In this document: positions 1-7,801 of the stretch, piece by piece
Numbering within the stretch: the stretch's first letter is position 1
Layout of the letters: each line of letters starts with the position of its first letter
NCBI GenBank assembly: GCA_008080735.1
Contig: SHMW01000017.1
Location: forward strand, 1 to 14,185
Origin: Promethearchaeota archaeon
Lineage (GTDB): Archaea; Asgardarchaeota; Lokiarchaeia; Sigyniarchaeales; SOKP01
DNA: 14,185 bases
Direction: 5' to 3'
Program-made: the position numbers and the translations under genes
Notes under the pieces: model-generated
The model's input: only the letters and a program-made list of their open reading frames with translations
What the model was told of the DNA's origin: nothing
Databases searched by the model: none

Positions 1-1
1 T

Positions 2-1558
2 TCTTTTATCTCGACGATTCCAAAAACCTATGGTGTGGGAGAGACAATTGAGAATTTTATTGGTCATGATTTTAGTGAGGAATCATGGTCAATATTATAT
101 GATTTTGCCGGAAATTATTTGGAAGAGGATTATTCACCTCCCACAGGCACGAATTTAACAGTGGGAGCTTCAGATGATATAACCAATATTGATTCGAAAT
201 TCTTCTTTACGTATAGTAATATTCGCAACGTCCGTAGCCTCTATATGGCTTTTCAGAATTTCACTTGGGATGTTGGGAATACCTCGGCATACGGATGTGC
301 ACCCTATCAATTACTTATCCAACATTTCCGTCCTCCTAACAACCAACGAATTAATATATTTTCCATCAATAGATTTTTAGGACTGTTAGCATACCGAGAA
401 AACTCTTCAACTCAAGTGGAGAAGGTACCCGATGAAAATGATGAGCTCTACATGGGTTGGGCCTTTTATTCAGAATGGCACAAATATATTGTAAACCAAA
501 TTTTTGGCGCAGTTGGAGCACCAGCATACTTTAATGACAGTCTCTCGGTACAAGGCACTGCGACCCCGATTCCTATAGAAGAGACCTCCCCAGATACCTT
601 TAAATTTGGAATGTCTTATCAAAATATATTTTTATTATGGCAAAAAATATCTGTCGAGGAGGGTCTGGATGATACAGTGACTGATGTGGACCTCTTACAA
701 AAGTGTGCTGCATTTGCTCTCATCTCTGAAATTAATTTCACCTATACGATTTCCATTGGTCCGAGCGAAATCAGCGGATATAGCAAGTTAACCACTACCA
801 CGGAATATGATATCGGTGAGCTTACAGATTTATGGATACTTGGAGATAACAGTTCGGTTGCCAATTTTTTTGGAGGGTCCCATATTGATCTCTCTACTTA
901 TTCAAATATCAACCTCTCATATTACAACACAACTGGTGATGGTGTGAAAAATAGATTGGGTGGAAATGAGACTATACCTGGATTTTCCTTAGCTGTTATT
1001 AACAATGCCAATCTAATGATAGTTAATTTAGGTAGACCCTTCCAAGGATATACATATACAGGCAGCACAAATTTTACTGATCAAACCGGAAACAGCCTAG
1101 GTATTTCCACAAGAAATATTAGCGAAGCAAATTACAATTTCGAGGGAGATCCCGCATACAAAATAGATTTTGCGTCCAAACCAGATTATATCTTGAATGG
1201 TGGAGACACTTACCCCGCCCCTACTCGAGTATTAGCAAATGAATTGATCAGAACGAATGTATCGCTTCTTCAAAGACTCTATGTTAGAACATTAATGGGT
1301 ACCTTAGTAGCCAAATTAACTGGAAGTCCGCTTGCAGGATTATTGACGTTATTCAACTCGAGGATTGATACCGCCCAGTTTTACTATGTCACGTGCTTTC
1401 CAGAATGGTCTGGAGGCTCAATCGAGCAAGACCCAACCTTCTCAGTATACATATTGGATGGGCGGATTCCGGGATTCGACCTACTTGTCATATCTTTGAT
1501 TGGGTTATGTGGTGCCGTTTTAATCGCAATAAAAGTGAAAAAAAGAATACCTAACTAA
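2..1558 (+). CDS. Cell-surface (S-layer-like) glycoprotein with C-terminal IPGF-TM-basic sorting signal (PGF-CTERM/Loki-CTERM-like); probably 5'-truncated by the window edge
   Basis: The frame is open from position 2 (SFISTIPKTYG) into the GTG at 35, so the true start and signal peptide probably lie upstream. The C-terminus is RIPGF, then hydrophobic DLLVISLIGLCGAVLIAI, then basic KVKKR. I counted 13 N-x-S/T sequons in an S/T/N/G/aromatic-rich body. Confidence 0.75.
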   Translation, partial: SFISTIPKTYGVGETIENFIGHDFSEESWSILYDFAGNYLEEDYSPPTGTNLTVGASDDITNIDSKFFFTYSNIRNVRSLYMAFQNFTWDVGNTSAYGCAPYQLLIQHFRPPNNQRINIFSINRFLGLLAYRENSSTQVEKVPDENDELYMGWAFYSEWHKYIVNQIFGAVGAPAYFNDSLSVQGTATPIPIEETSPDTFKFGMSYQNIFLLWQKISVEEGLDDTVTDVDLLQKCAAFALISEINFTYTISIGPSEISGYSKLTTTTEYDIGELTDLWILGDNSSVANFFGGSHIDLSTYSNINLSYYNTTGDGVKNRLGGNETIPGFSLAVINNANLMIVNLGRPFQGYTYTGSTNFTDQTGNSLGISTRNISEANYNFEGDPAYKIDFASKPDYILNGGDTYPAPTRVLANELIRTNVSLLQRLYVRTLMGTLVAKLTGSPLAGLLTLFNSRIDTAQFYYVTCFPEWSGGSIEQDPTFSVYILDGRIPGFDLLVISLIGLCGAVLIAIKVKKRIPN

Positions 1559-1564
1559 TCTCTA

Positions 1565-1586
1565 TTTTTTTTTCTGTAATTTTTTT
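1565..1586 (+). terminator. Putative archaeal oligo-T terminator
   Basis: T9 and T7 runs directly after the TAA at 1558. Confidence 0.5.
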
Positions 1587-1758
1587 CCATGTCCTCTTTT
1601 TCAAATTTCAAATAATGTTAGATATTTGATTCATAATGTATAGATTTTAGATGAATTATTCACGATAAGTGCCAAGCTCCCCATTCGAACTTGAATAAAA
1701 ATATTAAAATATGTTAATTTCTTTATCTAATCCTATAAATTGAATAATAAGGTTTACA

Positions 1759-2511
1759 ATGAATATCCATTCCTTTTTTATCTTAAAAAAAAGCGGTGCG
1801 TGCATTTATAACAAGAATTTTACCAATGAAATTGACTATAATGTAAATCTAATTACTCCCTTTTTTTCCGCAATTTTTAGTTTTTCAGAGAAGATTATTT
1901 CTCGGGATTTAGAAGTGCTTGAGATGGGGGGATTACGCTTCGTGTTTGAGATAAAGGATGATTTCATTTTCGTTTTATTATCCGATTCGACGGCGAGCAT
2001 CCTCTTTGTCAATACACGATTAGACAAAATTGCAGATATCTTTTTTAAAAAATTTCCTGATACAGAAAAAATACAAGATTATCAGGAGATAGAGGATAAA
2101 GAATTTGATCAGATGGTAGATTCGATTATTGAAGGAGAGGAAGAGATCTTTAAGGAACGCGCTCTTTATGATAAAATGATCAATCTCTTCAAGGACCTGA
2201 TATTTCAAAACGAAATTATCGGAGCGGCAGTATTAGCGACGAATGGAAATATCATCTATTCCTCTCTCCCAAACGAAATTTTACTCAGATCACTTAAAGA
2301 ATTGGAAATCCGGTTTATGACAGGAGCCGTCGAATTACCTGAATTGTTTTACAGCCTCGATGACGGGAGAAAAGTCTTTTCGAAATATGTGAAGATTCCG
2401 TGGAAGATTGATAATTTCCTCATAGTCTTACTATTTGATAAAAATGTCCCTTTAGGAATGGCCGAAATCAACCTGCATAAAGTCTCAAAACAGACCATCA
2501 ACTTGATTTGA
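1759..2511 (+). CDS. Longin-domain / roadblock(LC7)-domain fusion protein
   Basis: The N-terminal ~125 aa show a longin pattern: IHSFFILKKSGACIY, helix TPFFSAIFSFSEKI, LEVLEMGGLRFVF, FIFVLLSD and a closing helix. The C-terminal half shows a roadblock pattern: helix, EIIGAAVLATNGNIIYSSLP, helix, strands LIVLLFDK and helix PLGMAEINL. TATAAA at 1734-1739 is about 25 nt upstream of the ATG. Confidence 0.7.
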   Translation: MNIHSFFILKKSGACIYNKNFTNEIDYNVNLITPFFSAIFSFSEKIISRDLEVLEMGGLRFVFEIKDDFIFVLLSDSTASILFVNTRLDKIADIFFKKFPDTEKIQDYQEIEDKEFDQMVDSIIEGEEEIFKERALYDKMINLFKDLIFQNEIIGAAVLATNGNIIYSSLPNEILLRSLKELEIRFMTGAVELPELFYSLDDGRKVFSKYVKIPWKIDNFLIVLLFDKNVPLGMAEINLHKVSKQTINLI

Positions 2512-2635
2512 AGCCTTCAAAAATCTTTTCTTAATCCCCGATTTGAATGATTAAATAAGTTTTTAATAGTTCTTTGAATTACATAGAATTAATCTAAGCG
2601 ATATAGATAACGAGAGTTCGCACGAGTGACTAAAA

Positions 2636-3901
2636 ATGTATGATATAATTGTGATTGGAGCGGGGATCTCTGGAATTAGTTTTGCTCAAAAAATGGCTCC
2701 ATATGCCAAAATTATACTTATCGATGAGAATGAAGAAATACCGATTAAAACCAATATCTTTCCGGAACATAACCGCCCTTATTTAGATGTTGTAAGTATG
2801 GATGATTCCACCATTTTTCCACGCGATCATATTAAAACACTTTACCTTGGTAAAGAAGAGAGCGGAGTTATTAATTCAGAAGAATTTGGTGATCCATTGG
2901 GAAAGATTGTCTATACTGATAAACTTCTTAAACATCTCATAAATGATTTCAAAGAGAAAGGGGGCAAAGTAAAATTTAATGAAATGGTGAAAAGAGTTAA
3001 TAGATCCAGTGAGAAAGTTGAAGTTCATACAACTATAGGAGAGACTTATTCAGGAAAGGTGTTGATCCTCGCGACTGGCTCTCGTGGGTTTGAAATACAA
3101 AAAGCTTTAGGATTCGATATCCCTGATTCATATTTGGGGATTTATACTCATTTATATGGCTCTGAGGCTCAGATCGATGAGAATTTCGACTTTGATTATA
3201 TGTTTCATATTAATCCAAACATTAGCAAAAATGGGCCATTTTTCTTCAATGTAGGAGAGGAGAGAGTTCTAACGGGATATTTGGGAAACTCGGACGAATC
3301 GGAATCTGAGATTGTTGATAAATTAGATAGAATATTGAACAATTATCCTTATATTCAATCGAATGTAACCAATTTGAAATGGGATCGAGCAGAATTTATA
3401 ACCGGAAGGATCTCAAAACACCCTATTGATAGATTTTCCCATGATCGGGTGCTTGTTCTTGGAGAAGCGGCGGGATTAGTTACAGCTTTCTTTTACGAGG
3501 GACTTCTCTCAGGGTTAGTATCTGCCGATGCGGCAGTTAGAACCTTGAGACCTTTATTTGAACAAGGAAGCAGTTTTCCATCCTCTGAATTAAGTGCTTA
3601 TGATAAAGAGATCAAGAGAATTTTATTAAATAAATACTATAATAACGGAGATGCTTGTGAGTATGTTTTTTATGATAATAGCCCTTCAGCAATAAAGAAA
3701 ATTTGGGAGACCTACATAGATCTCGTCAATGACAATCAAAAACTTCGACGGCAGATTTGGGAAGCTTACCGAATGTATGATGTTGAAAATTATGATACTA
3801 GTAGAGATAAATGGGCAGGCGAGAAATTGTTCGAAAAACTTCCCACCTTATCAAAAATTTCTCTTGGTCCGAAATTTCTGAAAGCATTGATGAAATTTTA
3901 A
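2636..3901 (+). CDS. NAD(P)/FAD-dependent oxidoreductase, geranylgeranyl-reductase-like superfamily; substrate unknown
   Basis: N-terminal Rossmann motif YDIIVIGAGISG, then LILATG and the C-terminal FAD motif VLVLGEAAG. Length 421 aa. Confidence 0.8.
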   Translation: MYDIIVIGAGISGISFAQKMAPYAKIILIDENEEIPIKTNIFPEHNRPYLDVVSMDDSTIFPRDHIKTLYLGKEESGVINSEEFGDPLGKIVYTDKLLKHLINDFKEKGGKVKFNEMVKRVNRSSEKVEVHTTIGETYSGKVLILATGSRGFEIQKALGFDIPDSYLGIYTHLYGSEAQIDENFDFDYMFHINPNISKNGPFFFNVGEERVLTGYLGNSDESESEIVDKLDRILNNYPYIQSNVTNLKWDRAEFITGRISKHPIDRFSHDRVLVLGEAAGLVTAFFYEGLLSGLVSADAAVRTLRPLFEQGSSFPSSELSAYDKEIKRILLNKYYNNGDACEYVFYDNSPSAIKKIWETYIDLVNDNQKLRRQIWEAYRMYDVENYDTSRDKWAGEKLFEKLPTLSKISLGPKFLKALMKF

Positions 3902-3974
3902 GTTTTTGAAATAGCTGCGATTCAGATTATAAGAATGGAATAAGAAAAAGATAGATTCTAAAATTTAATAACCT

Positions 3975-5441
3975 TCATTTTTCTTTTGTTAGTTTTGTAG
4001 TGACTGGTGTGCATCCCAAGACTTCTTTGAATTTTTTCATAAAGTCCATATCAATAGGCTGACTTGTATCTCCCCACGACATTTCTAGCAATTTTTCTGC
4101 TATTTCTGGAGCCTCCGAAATTATATTCTTTGTTAATTCGGGATCTTTTTCTACGTTATATAGACTCCCGTCCTCTGTATTCCATACATAGCCGTTGTAC
4201 CAATATTTTCCATCATAAACGGCGACCGAACCACCCCAGGCAACCGTCACATGGTCATAATATATAAGTTTATCATTTTCGACTAATTCGAATAAATCTT
4301 TCCCTTCCATATTGCTTGTTGATACTTTGCAAGCCTTGCAGATGGTCGTGCTTATGTCATGATGATAACAGAACTTATCACATGTCTCTCCGCTATGCTT
4401 ACCACCTGGAAATCGGATCATCGCCACAAGATCGGCGACTTCTCGACCAAGAGGATTCGCAGCTTTCGCAATAAGACCGTGTTCTCCCAACATGTGTCCA
4501 TGATCGGATACCACGACTATGATAGAATCATCCCAGATACCGATACGCTTGATATATTCAATAAAATAGCCAAACCAAGTATCTGTAAGGGTTACTTCAG
4601 CAGCATATCGCGTGCGGAGGTTTTTAAGCTCTTGTTCAGAGAGAATACTGGCGGGACCATATAAGGAATGTGTGATTTTACGACATCCTTTTTGCCAATC
4701 CTCATCCTCTTCATACATCCGAATATAATGCATTGGAGGGTTCCATGGCTCATGTGGGTCAAATGACTCTACAGTCAGAAATCCCTTTCCTTCTATTAAA
4801 GTTTCATAATTCATATCCAACCATTCTCCCGCAGCTCGAAAAACTTTCGCTGGAAAGGTGTCCGCTTCAGATTTCCACCAACGGGTATTTTGAAGGAATT
4901 GCTTCATCATAACTTGCGCAAATACGGTACCAGCAGTCACTCCATTCTTTTTTGCCGTAAGATATTGCTCCAATACCTCATTATCCACTTCCGGACCAGA
5001 AAGATAGGCATCTTCTTCCTGTCCTCGAATCCATTGCCATTGGTCGAATCCCCTTTGAAAATTATATCCCGGCTTAAATTGATGATATACATCCGAAAAC
5101 AAAGCTGAAACATATTTTTTACGCCCGAATCGCTCTGCTAGGGTATCGTGAGAATCGGAGATTGTACTCCATCCAGGAGCTCCGAGGGCGTCGCTAATAA
5201 AATCCCCTCGCGGAGTTCTTGTTATGCCCCTATGGTCCTCGTTGAAGGGAAATACACGCCTCCCAGTATAAAGCGCTTTCCGAGCTGGAAGAGTTGGTAA
5301 AGATTCAGGATACATTCGCGTGAATTTCACGGATTCCTCCGCAAATTTATCAAGATTCGGTGTTTTAATCCATTCATTCCCATATGCCCCTACGTGATCT
5401 TGCCGTAGTGTATCTAAAACAATCAAAATCGCGTTAACCAT
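3975..5441 (-). CDS. Sulfatase-like hydrolase (alkaline phosphatase superfamily) with Thr at the nucleophile position
   Basis: ILIVLDTLRQDH, TPNLD, PTLPARKALYTGR, DPHEPW, VVSDHG and LYNVEKDPELTKNI are all typical sulfatase-fold motifs. Confidence 0.85.
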   Translation of the reverse strand: MVNAILIVLDTLRQDHVGAYGNEWIKTPNLDKFAEESVKFTRMYPESLPTLPARKALYTGRRVFPFNEDHRGITRTPRGDFISDALGAPGWSTISDSHDTLAERFGRKKYVSALFSDVYHQFKPGYNFQRGFDQWQWIRGQEEDAYLSGPEVDNEVLEQYLTAKKNGVTAGTVFAQVMMKQFLQNTRWWKSEADTFPAKVFRAAGEWLDMNYETLIEGKGFLTVESFDPHEPWNPPMHYIRMYEEDEDWQKGCRKITHSLYGPASILSEQELKNLRTRYAAEVTLTDTWFGYFIEYIKRIGIWDDSIIVVVSDHGHMLGEHGLIAKAANPLGREVADLVAMIRFPGGKHSGETCDKFCYHHDISTTICKACKVSTSNMEGKDLFELVENDKLIYYDHVTVAWGGSVAVYDGKYWYNGYVWNTEDGSLYNVEKDPELTKNIISEAPEIAEKLLEMSWGDTSQPIDMDFMKKFKEVLGCTPVTTKLTKEK

Positions 5442-5460
5442 TATTATTCACTTAGAAAAA

Positions 5461-5470
5461 TACTTTATAA
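5461..5470 (-). promoter_or_regulatory. Putative TATA box (TTATAAAGTA on the minus strand) of the sulfatase-like gene
   Basis: Lies 20-29 nt upstream of the ATG at 5441, consistent with a leaderless or short-leader transcript. The same 10-mer precedes the GH4 gene. Confidence 0.5.
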
Positions 5471-5791
5471 TTATTAATCTGAGAATTTTTTAATCTACTC
5501 TACTCTAGCTTAAATGATTATATTCAATAATTCGTGCTTTTCTTATTTATATTCTTAGATAGGATCTAAAAAGATATATAATTAAATATGATTTCATGTT
5601 GAAATATACTTTTTAGCCTCCTTTTAATGATAAATAGCATCCTATTTCTTGATAAGAAAATTAGATGATCAGATTTCAATTTTATAAATTACTTTTCGTA
5701 GCAATATAACGAAATTTACACATATGTTAAATTTTTATAATTACGTTATTATGTTAATCACTAAATTAAATAATTATTAAGTGATAAAAAA

Positions 5792-6295
5792 ATGACGATG
5801 GTTTTGGAGAAATCCATTATTTGCAAACTCGGAGGCCATGTTGATTCTAATCCAGAACTAATAATTTCATATCCTCCCTTAGAAGAAACCGATGCAGATT
5901 CTAAAGATTTAATCTATAATTGTTTACCTACGGGATGTAAATCAGGTGATATTGTAATTAAAAAATATGAAAAATTCAGTCTCATTTCCTATATCTTTTC
6001 TCTGAAGAAAGAAATGGCGCGTGATGACTTGTTTTCATTTTCAATTCTATTAAATAAAAAAATTGAGCCAGAAATTTATACATATGTAATGAGACAATTT
6101 ATCGAAATCTTAGAGAATAACAATCTATTATCAGAAAATATTTTAATTAATTATCAAAATCTGATCTATGAGAGCTTTAATGAAGAAAAAGACCTTGATA
6201 TTGATGATAAAACGATTAAATTATCCGATTTATTCGGAAATGCGAAAACTGAGCTTAAAAAGGATAAACCAGATCTGAAAGGTCATTTTTTCTAG
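5792..6295 (+). CDS. Stand-alone uDENN/longin-like domain protein (candidate small-GTPase regulator)
   Basis: uDENN-like pattern: first strand SIICKL, then PELIISYPP, helix ending in NCLPTG (compare the DENN FCFP.G motif), beta hairpin SLISYIFSLKKEMARDDLFSFSILL, and C-terminal helices. An alternative start is ATG 5798. Confidence 0.6.
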   Translation: MTMVLEKSIICKLGGHVDSNPELIISYPPLEETDADSKDLIYNCLPTGCKSGDIVIKKYEKFSLISYIFSLKKEMARDDLFSFSILLNKKIEPEIYTYVMRQFIEILENNNLLSENILINYQNLIYESFNEEKDLDIDDKTIKLSDLFGNAKTELKKDKPDLKGHFF

Positions 6296-6304
6296 GTGGT
6301 GAGC

Positions 6305-6961
6305 ATGATTCGATTAATAACGCAGACAATTGCAAATTGGGCTACCATTATTGTCGCTCCAATTATGACGGTATTAGTAGCCAATAGATTTTGGCAATAT
6401 TACAAAGAAACGGGCAAAATTAACTATATACGACTTAGCATCTTTGCAATCTTTTTAGCGTTCTCTTGGGCAATTATTCCAACAAATCTGTCTGAAGTTC
6501 CACCTTTTGATATTTTTATCAATAAGGATATAATTGGAACGGACGAAGCCACTATTAATCCATATTCGATAGCATTAGGATTAATGGTAAGCTTTTCTTT
6601 ATGTATGATTGCCTATGCGAATCGTTGGGAATCCTTGTATTATGTTCCTTTGTTTTTATATGCGGGTGTAATTATTTCCTATACTCTAAATGATTTTAAT
6701 GATGCTTATTTTATAGTAAATCAGATTTATATCTATGCTGCTGGAGTTTTCGGGGTTATTTTTTTCTATATTACGGGAATACGCTTGAAAGATAATGGAT
6801 CGCTCGGACTTGGGATATTCTTTACCCTTTCATATTCATCTCTAATTGCGGGAGAAAATATAATCGGGGATGTTTTCACACTCCTTATCGGAGTTTTTGG
6901 GCTAATCTTCGCCTTAGGATATTTCTCTCCTTATAAAATATCGGGGGTGGAAGAGAAATGA
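6305..6961 (+). CDS. Integral membrane protein with about 7 TM helices (paralogue A), function unknown
   Basis: Seven hydrophobic segments by eye, with basic loops after TM1 (KETGK), TM3 (NRWE) and TM5 (IRLKD). ATG 6305 is preceded by the SD-like GGTGGTGAG; the ORF track starts at GTG 6296. Confidence 0.75.
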   Translation: MIRLITQTIANWATIIVAPIMTVLVANRFWQYYKETGKINYIRLSIFAIFLAFSWAIIPTNLSEVPPFDIFINKDIIGTDEATINPYSIALGLMVSFSLCMIAYANRWESLYYVPLFLYAGVIISYTLNDFNDAYFIVNQIYIYAAGVFGVIFFYITGIRLKDNGSLGLGIFFTLSYSSLIAGENIIGDVFTLLIGVFGLIFALGYFSPYKISGVEEK

Positions 6962-7596
6962 TTTGGTATATCAGTGTAATAGACTTTTTTATATTAATTC
7001 TTGTTCTCCTTAATGCGTATTTTGGGATAAGAAAATGGAGAGAAAGTAAAATCAATATCAATTTATTTCTCATGATCTTTTTTATAGCGCTTATATTTAC
7101 CGCTTTTAGGCAATTGTTGTTTGGCTTGGGAATATTTCTTGATGTATTTTTTGGTGAGAATTTATCCATCAATGGAATTATTTCATTAATCATTCTATTA
7201 GTTCCAATCCAGTTCTTATTATATTTAAAAGAGTGGAAACGATATTATTATCTCCCACTAATTTTCGCTTTTTATTCCCTCTATAATCTATATTTCGTAC
7301 CAGATAATACCATATTCAGAGTTTCTTCAATAGTGTTAGGAGCAATAGCGTTTACTATCCTCATATTCAATGGAATTAGAAGAAGAAACGGAGTGTCAAT
7401 TTCGATTGGTTTTATCTTTCTGTACGGGTTAGCTTATTCCGAAACGCTTACATTACTCACTGGTGCTATTTCACGTCTTATTGGAGTCTTAGTATTGCTT
7501 TTAGGGACCTCTGGAATACTTGATAAATTCGTTCTGATTGATGATGAAAAAGAGGAAAAAATTAAGAACACTTGGATTGCTAAGATGGTTAAATAA
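6958..7596 (+). CDS. Integral membrane protein with about 7 TM helices (paralogue B), function unknown
   Basis: ATGA overlap with the upstream gene. Seven hydrophobic segments, basic loops RKWRESK, KEWKR and RRRN, and a charged C-terminal tail. Shares collinear motifs with paralogue A. Confidence 0.78.
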   Translation: MIWYISVIDFFILILVLLNAYFGIRKWRESKININLFLMIFFIALIFTAFRQLLFGLGIFLDVFFGENLSINGIISLIILLVPIQFLLYLKEWKRYYYLPLIFAFYSLYNLYFVPDNTIFRVSSIVLGAIAFTILIFNGIRRRNGVSISIGFIFLYGLAYSETLTLLTGAISRLIGVLVLLLGTSGILDKFVLIDDEKEEKIKNTWIAKMVK

Positions 7597-7621
7597 CTTG
7601 TAATTAGTATTAATTTGAAGA

Positions 7622-7650
7622 TTTTTCTTTTTTCTCTTTCTGTTTTTCTT
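7622..7650 (+). terminator. Putative oligo-T terminator after the uDENN-7TM-7TM unit
   Basis: Pyrimidine tract TTTTTCTTTTTTCTCTTTCTGTTTTTCTT about 25 nt after the stop at 7596. Confidence 0.5.
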
Positions 7651-7684
7651 GAAGTTCACATTAGAATTACGACAAAAAACCTTA

Positions 7685-7756
7685 TTGTGTGTTATTGATA
7701 CACAAAAGTGTCATTAAAAATGTATTATAAATACAGGGTATGATAAATTATAAATA
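7685..7756 (+). promoter_or_regulatory. Putative promoter/operator region of the Arf-longin gene
   Basis: Inverted repeats TTGTGT-N9-ACACAA (7685-7705) and TGTATT-ATA-AATACA (7721-7735). TATA-like ATTATAAATA occurs twice (7724-7733 and 7747-7756). Confidence 0.4.
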
Positions 7757-7801
7757 AGGTATATTTCTATTATTAGAAAAAAAGATACTATATTGATTAA
7801 A

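Noticed and set aside
974-985. Second internal IPGF in the surface protein as an extra sorting signal
   Set aside because: It is not followed by a TM helix and basic tail, so it is probably coincidental.
1671-1693. GTTCGAAT on the minus strand resembling a tRNA T-loop
   Set aside because: The flanks do not form a T-stem, and no cloverleaf or acceptor stem can be built.
2509-2535. TGA stops as possible selenocysteine readthrough (also at 3975 and 10501)
   Set aside because: In-frame TAA stops follow within a few to about 15 codons, the proteins look complete, and no SECIS-like hairpin was seen.
1710-5758. TATGTTAA upstream of both longin-type genes (1710, 5723, 5750)
   Set aside because: An AT-only-plus-one-G 8-mer in very AT-rich intergenic DNA is plausible by chance. 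It would need a genome-wide enrichment test.
6305-7596. The 7-TM proteins as rhodopsins or classical GPCRs
   Set aside because: There is no retinal-binding Lys in TM7 of either protein, no DRY or NPxxY at the expected positions, and no PQ-loop motifs. Only the topology is GPCR-like.
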